From Terriglobia bacterium (GTDB taxonomy: Bacteria; Acidobacteriota; Terriglobia; Bryobacterales; JACQDG01): DNA of 50,440 bases. The stretch is from positions 1-50,440 of the forward strand of contig JBGOUV010000002.1 in the NCBI GenBank assembly GCA_041477815.1. The letters run 5' to 3'. Below, piece after piece: positions 20,821 to 29,882 of this stretch (position 1 is its first letter; each line of letters starts with the position of its first letter). Under the pieces are notes generated by a model. It made no database searches and was not told where the DNA came from. It saw only the letters and a program-made list of their open reading frames with translations. The translations under genes were made by a program, and so were the position numbers.

Positions 20821-22021
20821 GCGCGCCCGCGGTGATCGAGACCGGACGAGTCTGCCCTCCTACCTTGACCGAGTACTTACCGGCCGGGAGAGCCAGCGGC
20901 TGGTTGAGCTTCTGGTAGCCGAGTTGGGCGCCGCTGGGGTCGAGAACGTAGTAGTGATCGGCGCCGGCGCCCTTTACGGTCAAAGTGCCGGTCTTATATT
21001 CGCTGGTGCGCGCGGCCTTGACTTCGACGGGGAAGGGAGCCCCGGTTACCTTCGCCGTGTAGGACCCTTCCAGCAGGGACACTGGCTGGCTGAGCTTGCT
21101 GTAGACGAGCTGGGCGCCGGCCGCGTCAAAAACATAGTAGTGCTCATCGGTGGTTCCCTGGACCAGCAGAGTGCCGGTCTGGATTTCTGACTGGGCGCCC
21201 GCGGCGATCTCAACCGGCGTGGACGAGCCGTTCACTTTGACGACGCTGGGACCCGGCAACAGGGCTAGAGGCTTGGAGAGTTTCTGGTAGGCAAGCTGCG
21301 CGCCGGCGGGGCTGAACGCGTAGTAGTGGCTGTCGGTCGAGCCCTGGACGAGCAGAGTGCCGCTTTGCAACTTAGTCGTTTCACCGGCGCGGATTTCCGC
21401 TTTGGCTTCCGTGCCGTTGACCTTGACGACGAAGGCTCCGGCCAGGACGGCCACGGGCTTGTTGAGCTGGGAGTAGCAGAGCTGGGCTCCGGCGGGATCG
21501 AAGAGGTAATAGTGCTCGTCGGTAGTTCCCTGCACGTCCAGGAGTCCTGCTTTCAGCTCCAGCGTGGAATTGGGATCCACGTTGGCAGCGGCGGTCGTCT
21601 TGTTGAGCTGCACCTGGTAGGCTCCCGGGAACAGCGACAGCGGCTTGCCCAGGTTTTGATAGGCGAGTTGGGCGTTCGCCGTGTCGAAGATATAGTAGTG
21701 CTCGTCGGTGGCGCCGGTCACGAGCACAGTTCCGGTGGAGCACTTGGTTTGCTTGCCGGCCTCGACGTAGACGGGATGAACCGAGCTGTTGATCTTCACC
21801 CGGTACTGGCCCGGTTTCACGGTAGCCGGCTTGTTGGCGGAAGAGTAGGTGAGCTGCTTGCCGGCTTCGTCGAAGATGTAGAAATGGGTGTCGGTGGAGG
21901 CGGCGATTTGGATCGCGCCCTGGCTGGAGTCGGAGAAAGGCTCGGCGGCGCAGATGGGATCGGGGGGTGGCGCTTTCTTGCAGGAGCAGAGCGCCAGGAG
22001 AAGAAGGACGATGACTCGCAT
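20801..22021 (-). CDS. Lipoprotein composed of six 62-aa beta repeats
   Basis: MRVIVLLLLALCSC signal; repeats of GTLxVxGxTDEHYYxFDxAGAQLxY..KP..L..G.Y.VKV. Confidence 0.85.
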   Translation of the reverse strand: MRVIVLLLLALCSCKKAPPPDPICAAEPFSDSSQGAIQIAASTDTHFYIFDEAGKQLTYSSANKPATVKPGQYRVKINSSVHPVYVEAGKQTKCSTGTVLVTGATDEHYYIFDTANAQLAYQNLGKPLSLFPGAYQVQLNKTTAAANVDPNSTLELKAGLLDVQGTTDEHYYLFDPAGAQLCYSQLNKPVAVLAGAFVVKVNGTEAKAEIRAGETTKLQSGTLLVQGSTDSHYYAFSPAGAQLAYQKLSKPLALLPGPSVVKVNGSSTPVEIAAGAQSEIQTGTLLVQGTTDEHYYVFDAAGAQLVYSKLSQPVSLLEGSYTAKVTGAPFPVEVKAARTSEYKTGTLTVKGAGADHYYVLDPSGAQLGYQKLNQPLALPAGKYSVKVGGQTRPVSITAGAPTVLGP

Positions 22022-22046
22022 TCCGGAGAATAGTATAGTGAAAGCC
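22022..22046. promoter_or_regulatory. Candidate bidirectional leaderless promoter
   Basis: TATAGT (+, 22034-22039) 7 nt before ATG 22047; TATTCT (-, 22027-22032) 5 nt before ATG 22021. Confidence 0.5.
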
Positions 22047-23429
22047 ATGCAGCGGCGTCAGTTTTTGCAGGCGGCGGCCGGATTGCCCGTGGCGATGGCG
22101 CCCGGGCCTGCCAAGCGGGTCATCGTGGCGGGAGCCGGAATCTCCGGGTTGTGCTGCGCCTATGAGCTGCTGAAGCGCGGCCACGACGTGATCGTCCTGG
22201 AGGCTTTGGGCCGGTCCGGCGGGCACATCCTCACGGTGCGGGACCAGCTTGCCGACGGGCTCTACGCCGACGCCGGCGCGGAGCATTTCTACCAGCGCGG
22301 CTATGACGAGTTCTGGCGGTACCTCGAGGAGTTCGATCTGCCGATCATCGCGTATCCGCGCCGCGACAGCATGATCCGGTTCCTCGGCGGGAAGCCGTAT
22401 ACCGAGAAGATGCTGGCGGATCGCAAGGTCTTGCAGGGGTTCGAGCTAAACCAGCGTGAGATCGAGTACGTGGTGCGCCGCTCGTGGCCGGAGCTGTCCG
22501 AGTTATACCTGGGACCCTATCTGGACAGCTTTCCCGCCGAAGACCGGCCCTTTGAGGCGGGATTGAACCAGCTTGACCAACTGACCGTGACCGAGCTGCT
22601 CGAGAAGGACCGGGCGTCGGCGGCGGCCATCGGGTTGGTGGGCGGGTCGCGGTCGGCGCTGCACACGGTGTGGCAGGCGGCCATCAAGAAGCTGCGGGGG
22701 TTTCCGCAGTATGTGCGCCAGGTCAGCCGCATCGCGGGCGGGAACCAGAGAGTGACCGATGCCTTGGCCGCGCGGCTGGGCGAGCGGCTGCGGCTGGGAT
22801 GTCCGGTGGTGGGGATCGAGCAGGGGTTGTCAGGGGTGACGGTTGGGTATCGGGAGTATGGCCGGGTAAAGAAGATGGAGGCCGACCACCTGGTGCTGTC
22901 CATGCCGTTCCGGGCGTTGCGGGAGATCCCGGTCACCCCGGAGTGGCCGCCGGCGAAGCGGTTCGTCATCGACAAAATGAACTACGACCTGAAGGCGCGG
23001 GTCATCTTCCAGTCGCGGACGAGGTTCTGGAAGCGCGACGGGGTGAGTCCGAACATGGTGTTCTCGGAGCAGGAATTGGCGGACGTGTGGGGGATGGCGG
23101 AGGAGGTGCGGACGCCGCGAGGGCTGCTGATCGGACAGGCGCGCACGTCCTCGGCCGAGACGGCGCTCGGGAAGTTCCGCCAGTTATATCCGGGGAAGTC
23201 GGAGGACGTGGAGCAGGCGCTGCTGGTGAACTGGACGCTGGATCCGTGGGCGGGTTCCTGCCTGCCGCTGTTGCGTCCGCCGGGGGAGCTGGCGCGGTTC
23301 TGGCCGGAGGTGATGCGGCCGGTGGGCCGGATTCAGTTCGCCAGCGTGGCGGTGGATCCGCTGCCGAACGGGTTGGAAGCGGGGGTTCGGGCGGGGAAGA
23401 GGGCGGCCGCGGCCGTGGGAATGGCCTGA
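22047..23429 (+). CDS. Flavin-containing amine / L-amino-acid oxidase family (Tat)
   Basis: MQRRQFL, VAGAGISG, LEALGRSGG, GAEHF, WTLDPW, GLEAG. Confidence 0.88.
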   Translation: MQRRQFLQAAAGLPVAMAPGPAKRVIVAGAGISGLCCAYELLKRGHDVIVLEALGRSGGHILTVRDQLADGLYADAGAEHFYQRGYDEFWRYLEEFDLPIIAYPRRDSMIRFLGGKPYTEKMLADRKVLQGFELNQREIEYVVRRSWPELSELYLGPYLDSFPAEDRPFEAGLNQLDQLTVTELLEKDRASAAAIGLVGGSRSALHTVWQAAIKKLRGFPQYVRQVSRIAGGNQRVTDALAARLGERLRLGCPVVGIEQGLSGVTVGYREYGRVKKMEADHLVLSMPFRALREIPVTPEWPPAKRFVIDKMNYDLKARVIFQSRTRFWKRDGVSPNMVFSEQELADVWGMAEEVRTPRGLLIGQARTSSAETALGKFRQLYPGKSEDVEQALLVNWTLDPWAGSCLPLLRPPGELARFWPEVMRPVGRIQFASVAVDPLPNGLEAGVRAGKRAAAAVGMA

Positions 23430-23466
23430 AGAGCAAGTTAGCCGGTCACCCCCTGGGGAGGACAGG

Positions 23467-24006
23467 ATGCGAGCTGTAGTCGACAAGTCGGCGGTCGGAC
23501 GGATCGCCTCGCTCTCTGCTACTGTATTGCTAGGACTGGCATCACCATTGCCGGCAGCGGATACCTACCTCCAAGCCTCGACGGACCAAGCCGGCCAACT
23601 CCGCATTGCAACTAAGGATGGGCGCGAGATCGTTCCTAAGAAGGAAGCCGGACAAGTGGGCTTTGACAAAGCGGCGATTTCTCCGGATGGTCGCTCCGTG
23701 GGTTGGTCGGCCCTGTATCCGAATTGCTGCACCTCTTATCCGATTCCGTTGAAGCTGGTAATCTACGCGAGCGGCCGGGTGCGCACCTTTGCGGAGGGGT
23801 TGCCGGTTTGGCAATGGTGCTTTGTAGCCGGCGGCAAGCAGGTCGCCTTTTTCCAGGAAACAGTCCATGGCGGTCGCGGGACGCGCCACGAATTGCGGGA
23901 GGTCGTCACGGGACGCCTCATCGCGGTATATGAGCCGGCCCCAGAGCCGGATACAGACCTCCGAGGCGTTCCCAAGTGGCTGTGCAAAGCGGACGCGAAG
24001 CAGTAG
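23467..24006 (+). CDS. Secreted hypothetical protein (PNCCTSYPIP motif)
   Basis: Signal-like N-terminus, ISPDG beta-propeller-like segment, RBS upstream. Confidence 0.7.
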   Translation: MRAVVDKSAVGRIASLSATVLLGLASPLPAADTYLQASTDQAGQLRIATKDGREIVPKKEAGQVGFDKAAISPDGRSVGWSALYPNCCTSYPIPLKLVIYASGRVRTFAEGLPVWQWCFVAGGKQVAFFQETVHGGRGTRHELREVVTGRLIAVYEPAPEPDTDLRGVPKWLCKADAKQ

Positions 24007-24116
24007 GGAATCCTCGTCATAGGGAGGGCGGCGCCGGCGGCTGCCTGGTCCCGGCCTGCCTGGCGTCCCGCCTCGATCCGGGGTTGGAGCTGCGCGAAGA
24101 GTAGCCCCCAGAAAAA

Positions 24117-24144
24117 TGTAACCGGTGGTAGTGTGTCCCGGTAA
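24117..24144 (+). promoter_or_regulatory. Candidate ECF-type promoter TGTAACC-N15-CGGTAA
   Basis: AAC-containing -35 directly upstream of the ECF sigma gene and its GGAGG RBS. Confidence 0.5.
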
Positions 24145-24161
24145 GGGTAGATAGGAGGGAC

Positions 24162-24668
24162 ATGGAGCTGCTGGAGCGGTTCGCTCGGGGCGATGTGGAG
24201 GCTTTCGAGACGCTGTTCCGGCAATATCAGGGCTACGTGTTCGCGTGGATCGTGAGAATGGTGCGGGATCGGGCGGCGGCGGAGGACTTGACGGTGGAAG
24301 CGTTCTGGCGGATCTGGCGCTCGCGGGCGCGGTTCGATCCGGATCGGGAGTTTGGGGCGTGGGCGCGCAGGGTGGCGTCCAACGTGGCGGTGGACTACCT
24401 GAAGACGGACCGGCGGGAGGTGGCGCTGGAGCGGGATTGGCCGGCCCGGGCAGAGGCGGGGCCGGAGGTGGGGCAGGCGATTCGAGAGGCCTTCGGTCGG
24501 CTGCCCGCGAGGTTGCGGGCGGTGGCGACCCTGGCCCTGATCGAAGAGAGGCCGTATGGCGAGATTGCCGAGGCTCTGGGGATCTCGATGGCGGCCGTGA
24601 AAACGCGGGCGTTTCGGGCGGCGCGGTTGTTGCGGACGAGGCTCGAAAAGATGGGGGTGAGGCCATGA
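24162..24668 (+). CDS. ECF RNA polymerase sigma factor
   Basis: GDVEAFETLF, AEDLTVEAF, WARRVASN, region 4 YGEIAEALGIS..VKTR. Confidence 0.93.
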   Translation: MELLERFARGDVEAFETLFRQYQGYVFAWIVRMVRDRAAAEDLTVEAFWRIWRSRARFDPDREFGAWARRVASNVAVDYLKTDRREVALERDWPARAEAGPEVGQAIREAFGRLPARLRAVATLALIEERPYGEIAEALGISMAAVKTRAFRAARLLRTRLEKMGVRP

Positions 24669-24865
24669 GCGGGGACGAATTGCGGCGGGCGTTGCCACCG
24701 GTCGGGGACGTGGAGTTGCAGCGGGACCTGTGGCCGGCGATGCTCCGGAGGAGGGAGGAGCGGCGCGTGCGGCCGACGTGGCTGGACTGGGCGCTGGCGG
24801 GGGTGGCGATGGTCTGGCTGGCGGTGTTTCCGGAGGCGATAGGAGTTCTATTGTATCAATTATGA
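24665..24865 (+). CDS. Small single-TM putative anti-sigma factor (66 aa)
   Basis: ATGA-coupled to the sigma gene; RDLWPAM followed by a hydrophobic helix. Confidence 0.7.
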   Translation: MSGDELRRALPPVGDVELQRDLWPAMLRRREERRVRPTWLDWALAGVAMVWLAVFPEAIGVLLYQL

Positions 24866-25254
24866 GGCAGAATCACCGTTATCTGCGAGCGTACATGGCT
24901 GGGATCACCGTGCCAACTATGTTTCTGTTGGTCGTGGTGACGGGCTTCACCCTGCTGCACAGAGTGGCCGCTCCCTGGGAGCGGATCATCATGTTCCCCA
25001 TGGCCGTGGTGCCGAACCTGTGGGGTGTCTGGAATCTATTGCACTGCCGGTGGCGGTGGACCACGATCGGAATGCATGGGGCGATTCTGCCGTTGTTGCT
25101 GGTGCCGGCGGGGTTCGCCCTGGCGCGGGCGCTGGAGGTTCCGTGGATCTCGGCGGGCGGCGCCGCCACCGTCCTGCCGGTAGGGATGGTGGTGTACTAC
25201 CTGGCCTGGAAGTACCTGGTGGCTTTCTTCAACGAAGTCCTGGGGGTCGCATGA
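24862..25254 (+). CDS. Four-TM membrane protein
   Basis: ATGA-coupled; MRQNHRYLRAYMAG followed by four hydrophobic segments. Confidence 0.75.
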   Translation: MRQNHRYLRAYMAGITVPTMFLLVVVTGFTLLHRVAAPWERIIMFPMAVVPNLWGVWNLLHCRWRWTTIGMHGAILPLLLVPAGFALARALEVPWISAGGAATVLPVGMVVYYLAWKYLVAFFNEVLGVA

Positions 25255-25751
25255 GAACTATATTTGTGGCGGTGAGGACGTTGCTGTTTGCGAGCGGGTT
25301 CTTCTATCTGTGGGTCTGGGTAGCCCGATCGGTCGAGCGGCTCGGGTTGCCCTTGCCGGAGTGGACGGCGGCGCCCGGGGTGGTCCTGCTGGCTTTGGGA
25401 GGAGTGCTGACGCTGGCGTGTGTGGGCACGTTCGTGCTTTGGGGGAAGGGAACGCCGGCGCCGTTCGACGCCCCGCGCGAGTTTGTGGCCGTGGGGCCGT
25501 ACCGATATGTACGCAATCCTATGTACATGGGGGGCGCGACGATGCTGGCCGGGTACGGACTGTACCTGCGGTCGGGAGCGGTGGTGTTGTTCGCCGTGGC
25601 CTGGCTCGGGTTGGCGCACCTGTTCGTGGTGCTGTACGAGGAACCCGCGCTGCGGAGCAAGTTTGGAGCGGCGTACGAGAGCTATTGCCGGACGGTGGCG
25701 CGCTGGATTCCGCGGCTTACCGGGCAGTCGTGGGCGCTGGAGAAGCCGTGA
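25251..25751 (+). CDS. Isoprenylcysteine carboxyl / phospholipid methyltransferase family membrane protein
   Basis: GTPAPFD, GPYRYVRNPMY, YEEP.L..KFG..Y..Y...V.RWIP. Confidence 0.9.
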   Translation: MRTIFVAVRTLLFASGFFYLWVWVARSVERLGLPLPEWTAAPGVVLLALGGVLTLACVGTFVLWGKGTPAPFDAPREFVAVGPYRYVRNPMYMGGATMLAGYGLYLRSGAVVLFAVAWLGLAHLFVVLYEEPALRSKFGAAYESYCRTVARWIPRLTGQSWALEKP

Positions 25752-26604
25752 GGATCCGCCGCAGCGTGCCGCCGAAGATGTTGGCCTGGGCTTCCGGGGA
25801 GACGCCGCAGGCGTCCAGCATCTTGCGGTAGCGCTCGACGGAGCGGTCGAATTCTTCCAGTTCGCCGCCGAATACATCGGAGCCGAAGATGATCTTCTCG
25901 AAGGCGCTCCCGCCCCCCTTGGGGGTGTGGGGGCTGGCCACGGCGCTCCACCAGAATACGGACTTGAAAAACCTGTAGTCCTCCTGTTTCTTGATGAGGG
26001 TGGAGCCGGAGAGGTCGAAGTAGAGATTGGGATTCCAGCGGGCCAGCTCCGCGGCCCAGGCGTAGTCGGGATTGCCCAAGTGGGCGCCGATGATGGTGAG
26101 CTTGGGGAAGCGCCGCGCGATGTTATCGAGCGTGGTGACGCGCATGCGCTCCGAGGAAATGTCGGTGGGGCGGTCGGGGTTCGAGCGGTTGACGATGCCG
26201 GTGTGGAACAGGACGATCATGCCGTATTTCTCGGCGCGCTCGTAGACGGGCCAGTAGGCCTTGTCGTGAAAGTCCCGCAGGGGTCCGGAGATTTCGCCGA
26301 GGCCGCGGAAGCCACCGTTGTGAAAGCGGTCGATCCACTCCAGGGCGTGGGGGTCGTCGAGCTGGATCTGGCCGAAGCCGATGAGACGGTTGGCGTGCTT
26401 GATCAGCAGCGCCTGGGTGGCGTCGAAGTCCTTGGGCTCGACCAGGAGAAAGGCCTGGCCGTCTACCCGGTCGAGGCGGGCGACGAGTTGTTCGATAAAC
26501 TTAGGGTCGCCGTTGTGGTGGACGTGCGCGTCGATGAGGCGGCGGTGGGACTGGGCGGGCAGGACGCTGAGGAGGATAGAGGACAGCAGTAGGAATCTGG
26601 TCAT
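25717..26604 (-). CDS. Amidohydrolase-2 family protein with signal peptide
   Basis: IDAHVH, FHTG, GAHLG, FDLS, FGSD. Confidence 0.9.
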   Translation of the reverse strand: MTRFLLLSSILLSVLPAQSHRRLIDAHVHHNGDPKFIEQLVARLDRVDGQAFLLVEPKDFDATQALLIKHANRLIGFGQIQLDDPHALEWIDRFHNGGFRGLGEISGPLRDFHDKAYWPVYERAEKYGMIVLFHTGIVNRSNPDRPTDISSERMRVTTLDNIARRFPKLTIIGAHLGNPDYAWAAELARWNPNLYFDLSGSTLIKKQEDYRFFKSVFWWSAVASPHTPKGGGSAFEKIIFGSDVFGGELEEFDRSVERYRKMLDACGVSPEAQANIFGGTLRRILTASPAPTTAR

Positions 26605-26942
26605 GGCGTGGGTCCGGCTGGAGAAGGTTCACGGGGCTCGATGACGAAGGCGACGCCGGCGACGATCTCGCGCACCCGCTCGGGAGAGAGGGCGCCACTA
26701 CGCTTGCCGAGTTGGGACTTGTCTAGGGTAAGGATCTGGGAGACGTTTGCCACGCTGGACCTGGGCAAGTTCGCTTCACCTCGGGTTAGGAGGACGTTAC
26801 CGCGGTCGGAAGCTCGTCTGACATCGAGTGTAAGGCCACAGACTAGCACCGTGCTAATGCGTTTGCGGTTGAGAAAGTTGTTTTGTACGACCACGTGCAG
26901 GCGTTGGCCCACCTGAGAGACGTCGCCCTGGGAGATCACCAT
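26601..26942 (-). CDS. PemK/MazF-family toxin
   Basis: MVISQGDV..HVVVQNNFLN..STVLVCGLT..GNVLL..GEANLP..SVANVSQILTLDK. Confidence 0.88.
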   Translation of the reverse strand: MVISQGDVSQVGQRLHVVVQNNFLNRKRISTVLVCGLTLDVRRASDRGNVLLTRGEANLPRSSVANVSQILTLDKSQLGKRSGALSPERVREIVAGVAFVIEPREPSPAGPTP

Positions 26943-27193
26943 TGGCCCTTCGCCAGGCGAGCCGCTTGTAGGAGCGCGGCGTCCAGCCACGCCTTCTCCT
27001 CGGGATCAGGGCCATCCGCGTAGGCGTCGTTAAAGCGAGCCAGCAGCTCGTCGTTCTCGTGGCGGCGCAGGAACTCCTGCATAGCCATGGAGTACAGCCG
27101 CGAGCGGGTCACTCGCAGGCGGCGGGCGAGCCTCTCGCTTTGGCGGAAGATGTCGCGGTTTTCTGAAATCGCGACCCTAACGCTGGTGGGCAT
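26936..27193 (-). CDS. Ribbon-helix-helix antitoxin
   Basis: VRVAISE..IFRQSERLARRLRVTRSRLYSMA; overlaps the toxin start. Confidence 0.85.
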   Translation of the reverse strand: MPTSVRVAISENRDIFRQSERLARRLRVTRSRLYSMAMQEFLRRHENDELLARFNDAYADGPDPEEKAWLDAALLQAARLAKGQW

Positions 27194-27215
27194 CCCTTCA
27201 ATTGTACCGCGGGTA

Positions 27216-27827
27216 CTACTTCTTCCAGCTCACCGACAACCCGGACGGGCCGACCTTGACCCACTCGGTCCGGAGCTCGGGGCTGGTCTTGATGGCCTCC
27301 AGGAAATCCGCCATTTCCTGGGGATGGGACTCCACGTTGTGCGCCACGATGGCGCCGCCGGAGGGGACCATAGGAAGCACCAAGTCCAGGTATTTCTTGT
27401 AGTCCGGTTTCCAGGCGTCGATGAAGACGATCTCGAAGGGACCCTGCAGAGTGGGAAGGGTCTTGAGGGCGTCGCCGAGGCGGGAGTCGATAAGGTCGTC
27501 GACGCCGGTGGCCTTGAAGTTCTTGAGGGCGAGGGAGCGGCGGCCTTCGTCGAGGTCCAGGGTGATCAGCTTGCCGCCCGTTTCGCGCAGCCCGAGGGCG
27601 AACCAGATGCCGGAGTAGCCGTTGGAGGTGCCGATCTCGAGGACCCGCTTGGCCTGAAGCCTCTTGACCAGGCCGGAGAGGTACTCGCCTTCGGCGGGGG
27701 CGACGTTCATCATGCCGCGCTCGGTGGCCCGCATCTTACTGAGGTGGTCGAGGATCTGCTGCCGGCTCATGCGAGGTTTCTGAGGAGAGGCGAGCAGGGC
27801 AGCGACTAGTAGCGTCGTGTAGAGCAT
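27216..27827 (-). CDS. Class I SAM-dependent O-methyltransferase with signal peptide
   Basis: VLEIGTSNGYSGIW, GDA, VFIDAWK, VAHN. Own start MLYTTLLVAALLA. Confidence 0.9.
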   Translation of the reverse strand: MLYTTLLVAALLASPQKPRMSRQQILDHLSKMRATERGMMNVAPAEGEYLSGLVKRLQAKRVLEIGTSNGYSGIWFALGLRETGGKLITLDLDEGRRSLALKNFKATGVDDLIDSRLGDALKTLPTLQGPFEIVFIDAWKPDYKKYLDLVLPMVPSGGAIVAHNVESHPQEMADFLEAIKTSPELRTEWVKVGPSGLSVSWKK

Positions 27828-27832
27828 AAGCT

Positions 27833-29882
27833 TCACCGCACTGCCAGGGTCACATTGGGCTGGCTGTTGACCCCGCCGATATTGATGGAGAGCGGAACGG
27901 CGGGGCCGGTAGGGGCGTTGGACGGCACGATCACGTTGACCTGGAGAAGGCCGACAAACTGCGGGGTCAGGCCGCCGAAAAGGACCTCGGCCGGAACGCC
28001 GCCGATGGTGGCGGTAACGGCTTGGACGGCGCCGTTCAAGGGCGAGGCCGAAGCCAGGGCCCCCGTGGCCAGAGCCGGCTGCACCGCCCCTTGACCGGTG
28101 GCGTAAATGACCACGGCCTGGCCGCGGGCCACCGCGTTGGCGGCGGTGTTGAGCGAACCGTCCTGGTGCTGAATGATACCCTGGGGAGGCGCCAGGACGC
28201 ACAAAGATGCCTGGCTGGGTCGAGCCAATAGGGATAGTCACCGGCGGGCTGGTGGCGAGCCGGTAGTTCACCACCACGTTGGCGGTGGAGGTGTTGGCCA
28301 TCTCGAAAGGCACCTGGGCGTTGATCTGGCCGGCGCTGGCGTAGAAGAGCGGGGCGCGAATGCCGTTGAACGTGACGCTGACGCCGGCCAGGGAGTTATT
28401 CAGGCGGCCGGTGCCGGGGTTCAGGGCGCCGACCTCCCCGGCGGCCGGTCCCAGGCCGCTTCCGAAGAGGGAGACAATCTCACCCGGCACGGCCGGACCG
28501 GAGGCGAAGCTGGCGCCGTTGACGATGCCGGCGGCCGTGAAGGAAGGAAGGGGCGGAGCGATACGAATGCCCGCGGAGAAGACGGCGGCGCCGGTCGAGG
28601 ACCGCACCAGCACGGTGGCCAGGCCCAGGGGGGCGTTGGTGGCCACCTGGACGGTGACGCGAATAATAGGAAGATTACTGCCGGAGGCGACACTGCGGCG
28701 GAAGCCGCCGGTAATGGTGATGGGGGCGCCGAAAAAGGAGAAGGAGTCCTGGGTAACGGTCGGGTCGTCGAGGCCGTCGCCGGCCAGGACCATATCGGCG
28801 CTGGAGCCGCGGTTGAGGACGAAGGCGCCGGAGCCGAAGGAGACGGCGCCGCCGACGGGCCCAGCGCCGCCCTGCCGGAGATTGAGGGGAGGATTGCCGG
28901 GCGCGACCGTCAGGCTGGCGCTGGCAGCAGCCCCGGCGGTGACGTTGACCGGCGTGGGCGCGTCCAGGCCGCCGAAGATGTTGGTGAGGAAGTTGGTGTT
29001 CGCTCCCTGGCCGGCGTTACCGAGTTGGTTGGGTTCCACCGGGCCGTCGGCGGGCTCGGCGTAAACAAAGTAGCGGCCGGGCGGGACCTGGCTAATAGTG
29101 AAGGTTCCGTCGGAGGCGGTGAGGGAGCCGAGCAGCGCGCCGGTGGACGGATCCACCGCGGCCACCAGGGCGCCCGGGACGGGGCCACCGGAGGTCAAGT
29201 TGACCGAACCGGTGACGACGCCCAAGCTGGCGGCGGCGCCGGTCTCCGGGTACACCTCCGTGGCGAACGCGACATCGTCCGGAGAGAGGGTGGACTGCAG
29301 GTTGTTGGCGCGGCGGACGGCAAAGAACATGGTCGCCCCTACCAGACCGGAGTGGCTGGACCCCAGGGCATGGCCGAGCTCGTGGGTCACCACCGTCTGG
29401 ATATCAAAAGTATTCGTCTGGAGAGTGGTCGAGAAAGGCAGAGTCGGGTTGAACAGGATGTCGGTGTCGGTGATCTCGCCCAAGGAGTTGGTGAAGGTGC
29501 GGGTGACGGCGACGGCATCCCCGACGATGGAGCGGTTGCCGGGGGTGTCCAGAAAACTAATGAGATGCTCGCGATCGGGCTGGGAGGATTCGAGCGGCGA
29601 TAGGGTCAGGGTCGCGAAGACGACGCTGGAGGTCGGGACATTGGTCCAGGAGTCCACCGCGGCCTGGAGGGCGCCCAGGGGGTCGCTGTCGGAGGTGATG
29701 ATCACGCCGCCGGAGGCGTTGGCGAGGCCGGGAGCGGTCTGGTTGTTGACCACGAAGCGGATGCCGCCGGAGTCGGTGCGGCGGGTGGGGAGGCCGGCGG
29801 AGGTGCGGCTGCGAATGAAGGCGGACGCCGGAGTGCAGGCGAGGACCAGGCAGGAGAGGGCGGCCAGTGTGGAGCGGGTCAT
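27833..29882 (-). CDS. Secreted matrixin (M10-like) metalloprotease with carboxypeptidase-regulatory-like domain and Solibacter-type C-terminal domain; +1 frameshift in a homopolymer near 28185
   Basis: HELGHALGSSHS, Met-turn ATMF, IVNGASF..PGEIVSLFG..QINAQVP. The C-terminus continues in ORF 27833..28228 (YATGQG..GLLQVN). Confidence 0.85.

Noticed and set aside
27216-29882. 888-aa protease-methyltransferase fusion ORF
   Set aside because: Caused by a +1 slip in a homopolymer near 28185. The protease C-terminus is in another frame and the methyltransferase has its own start.
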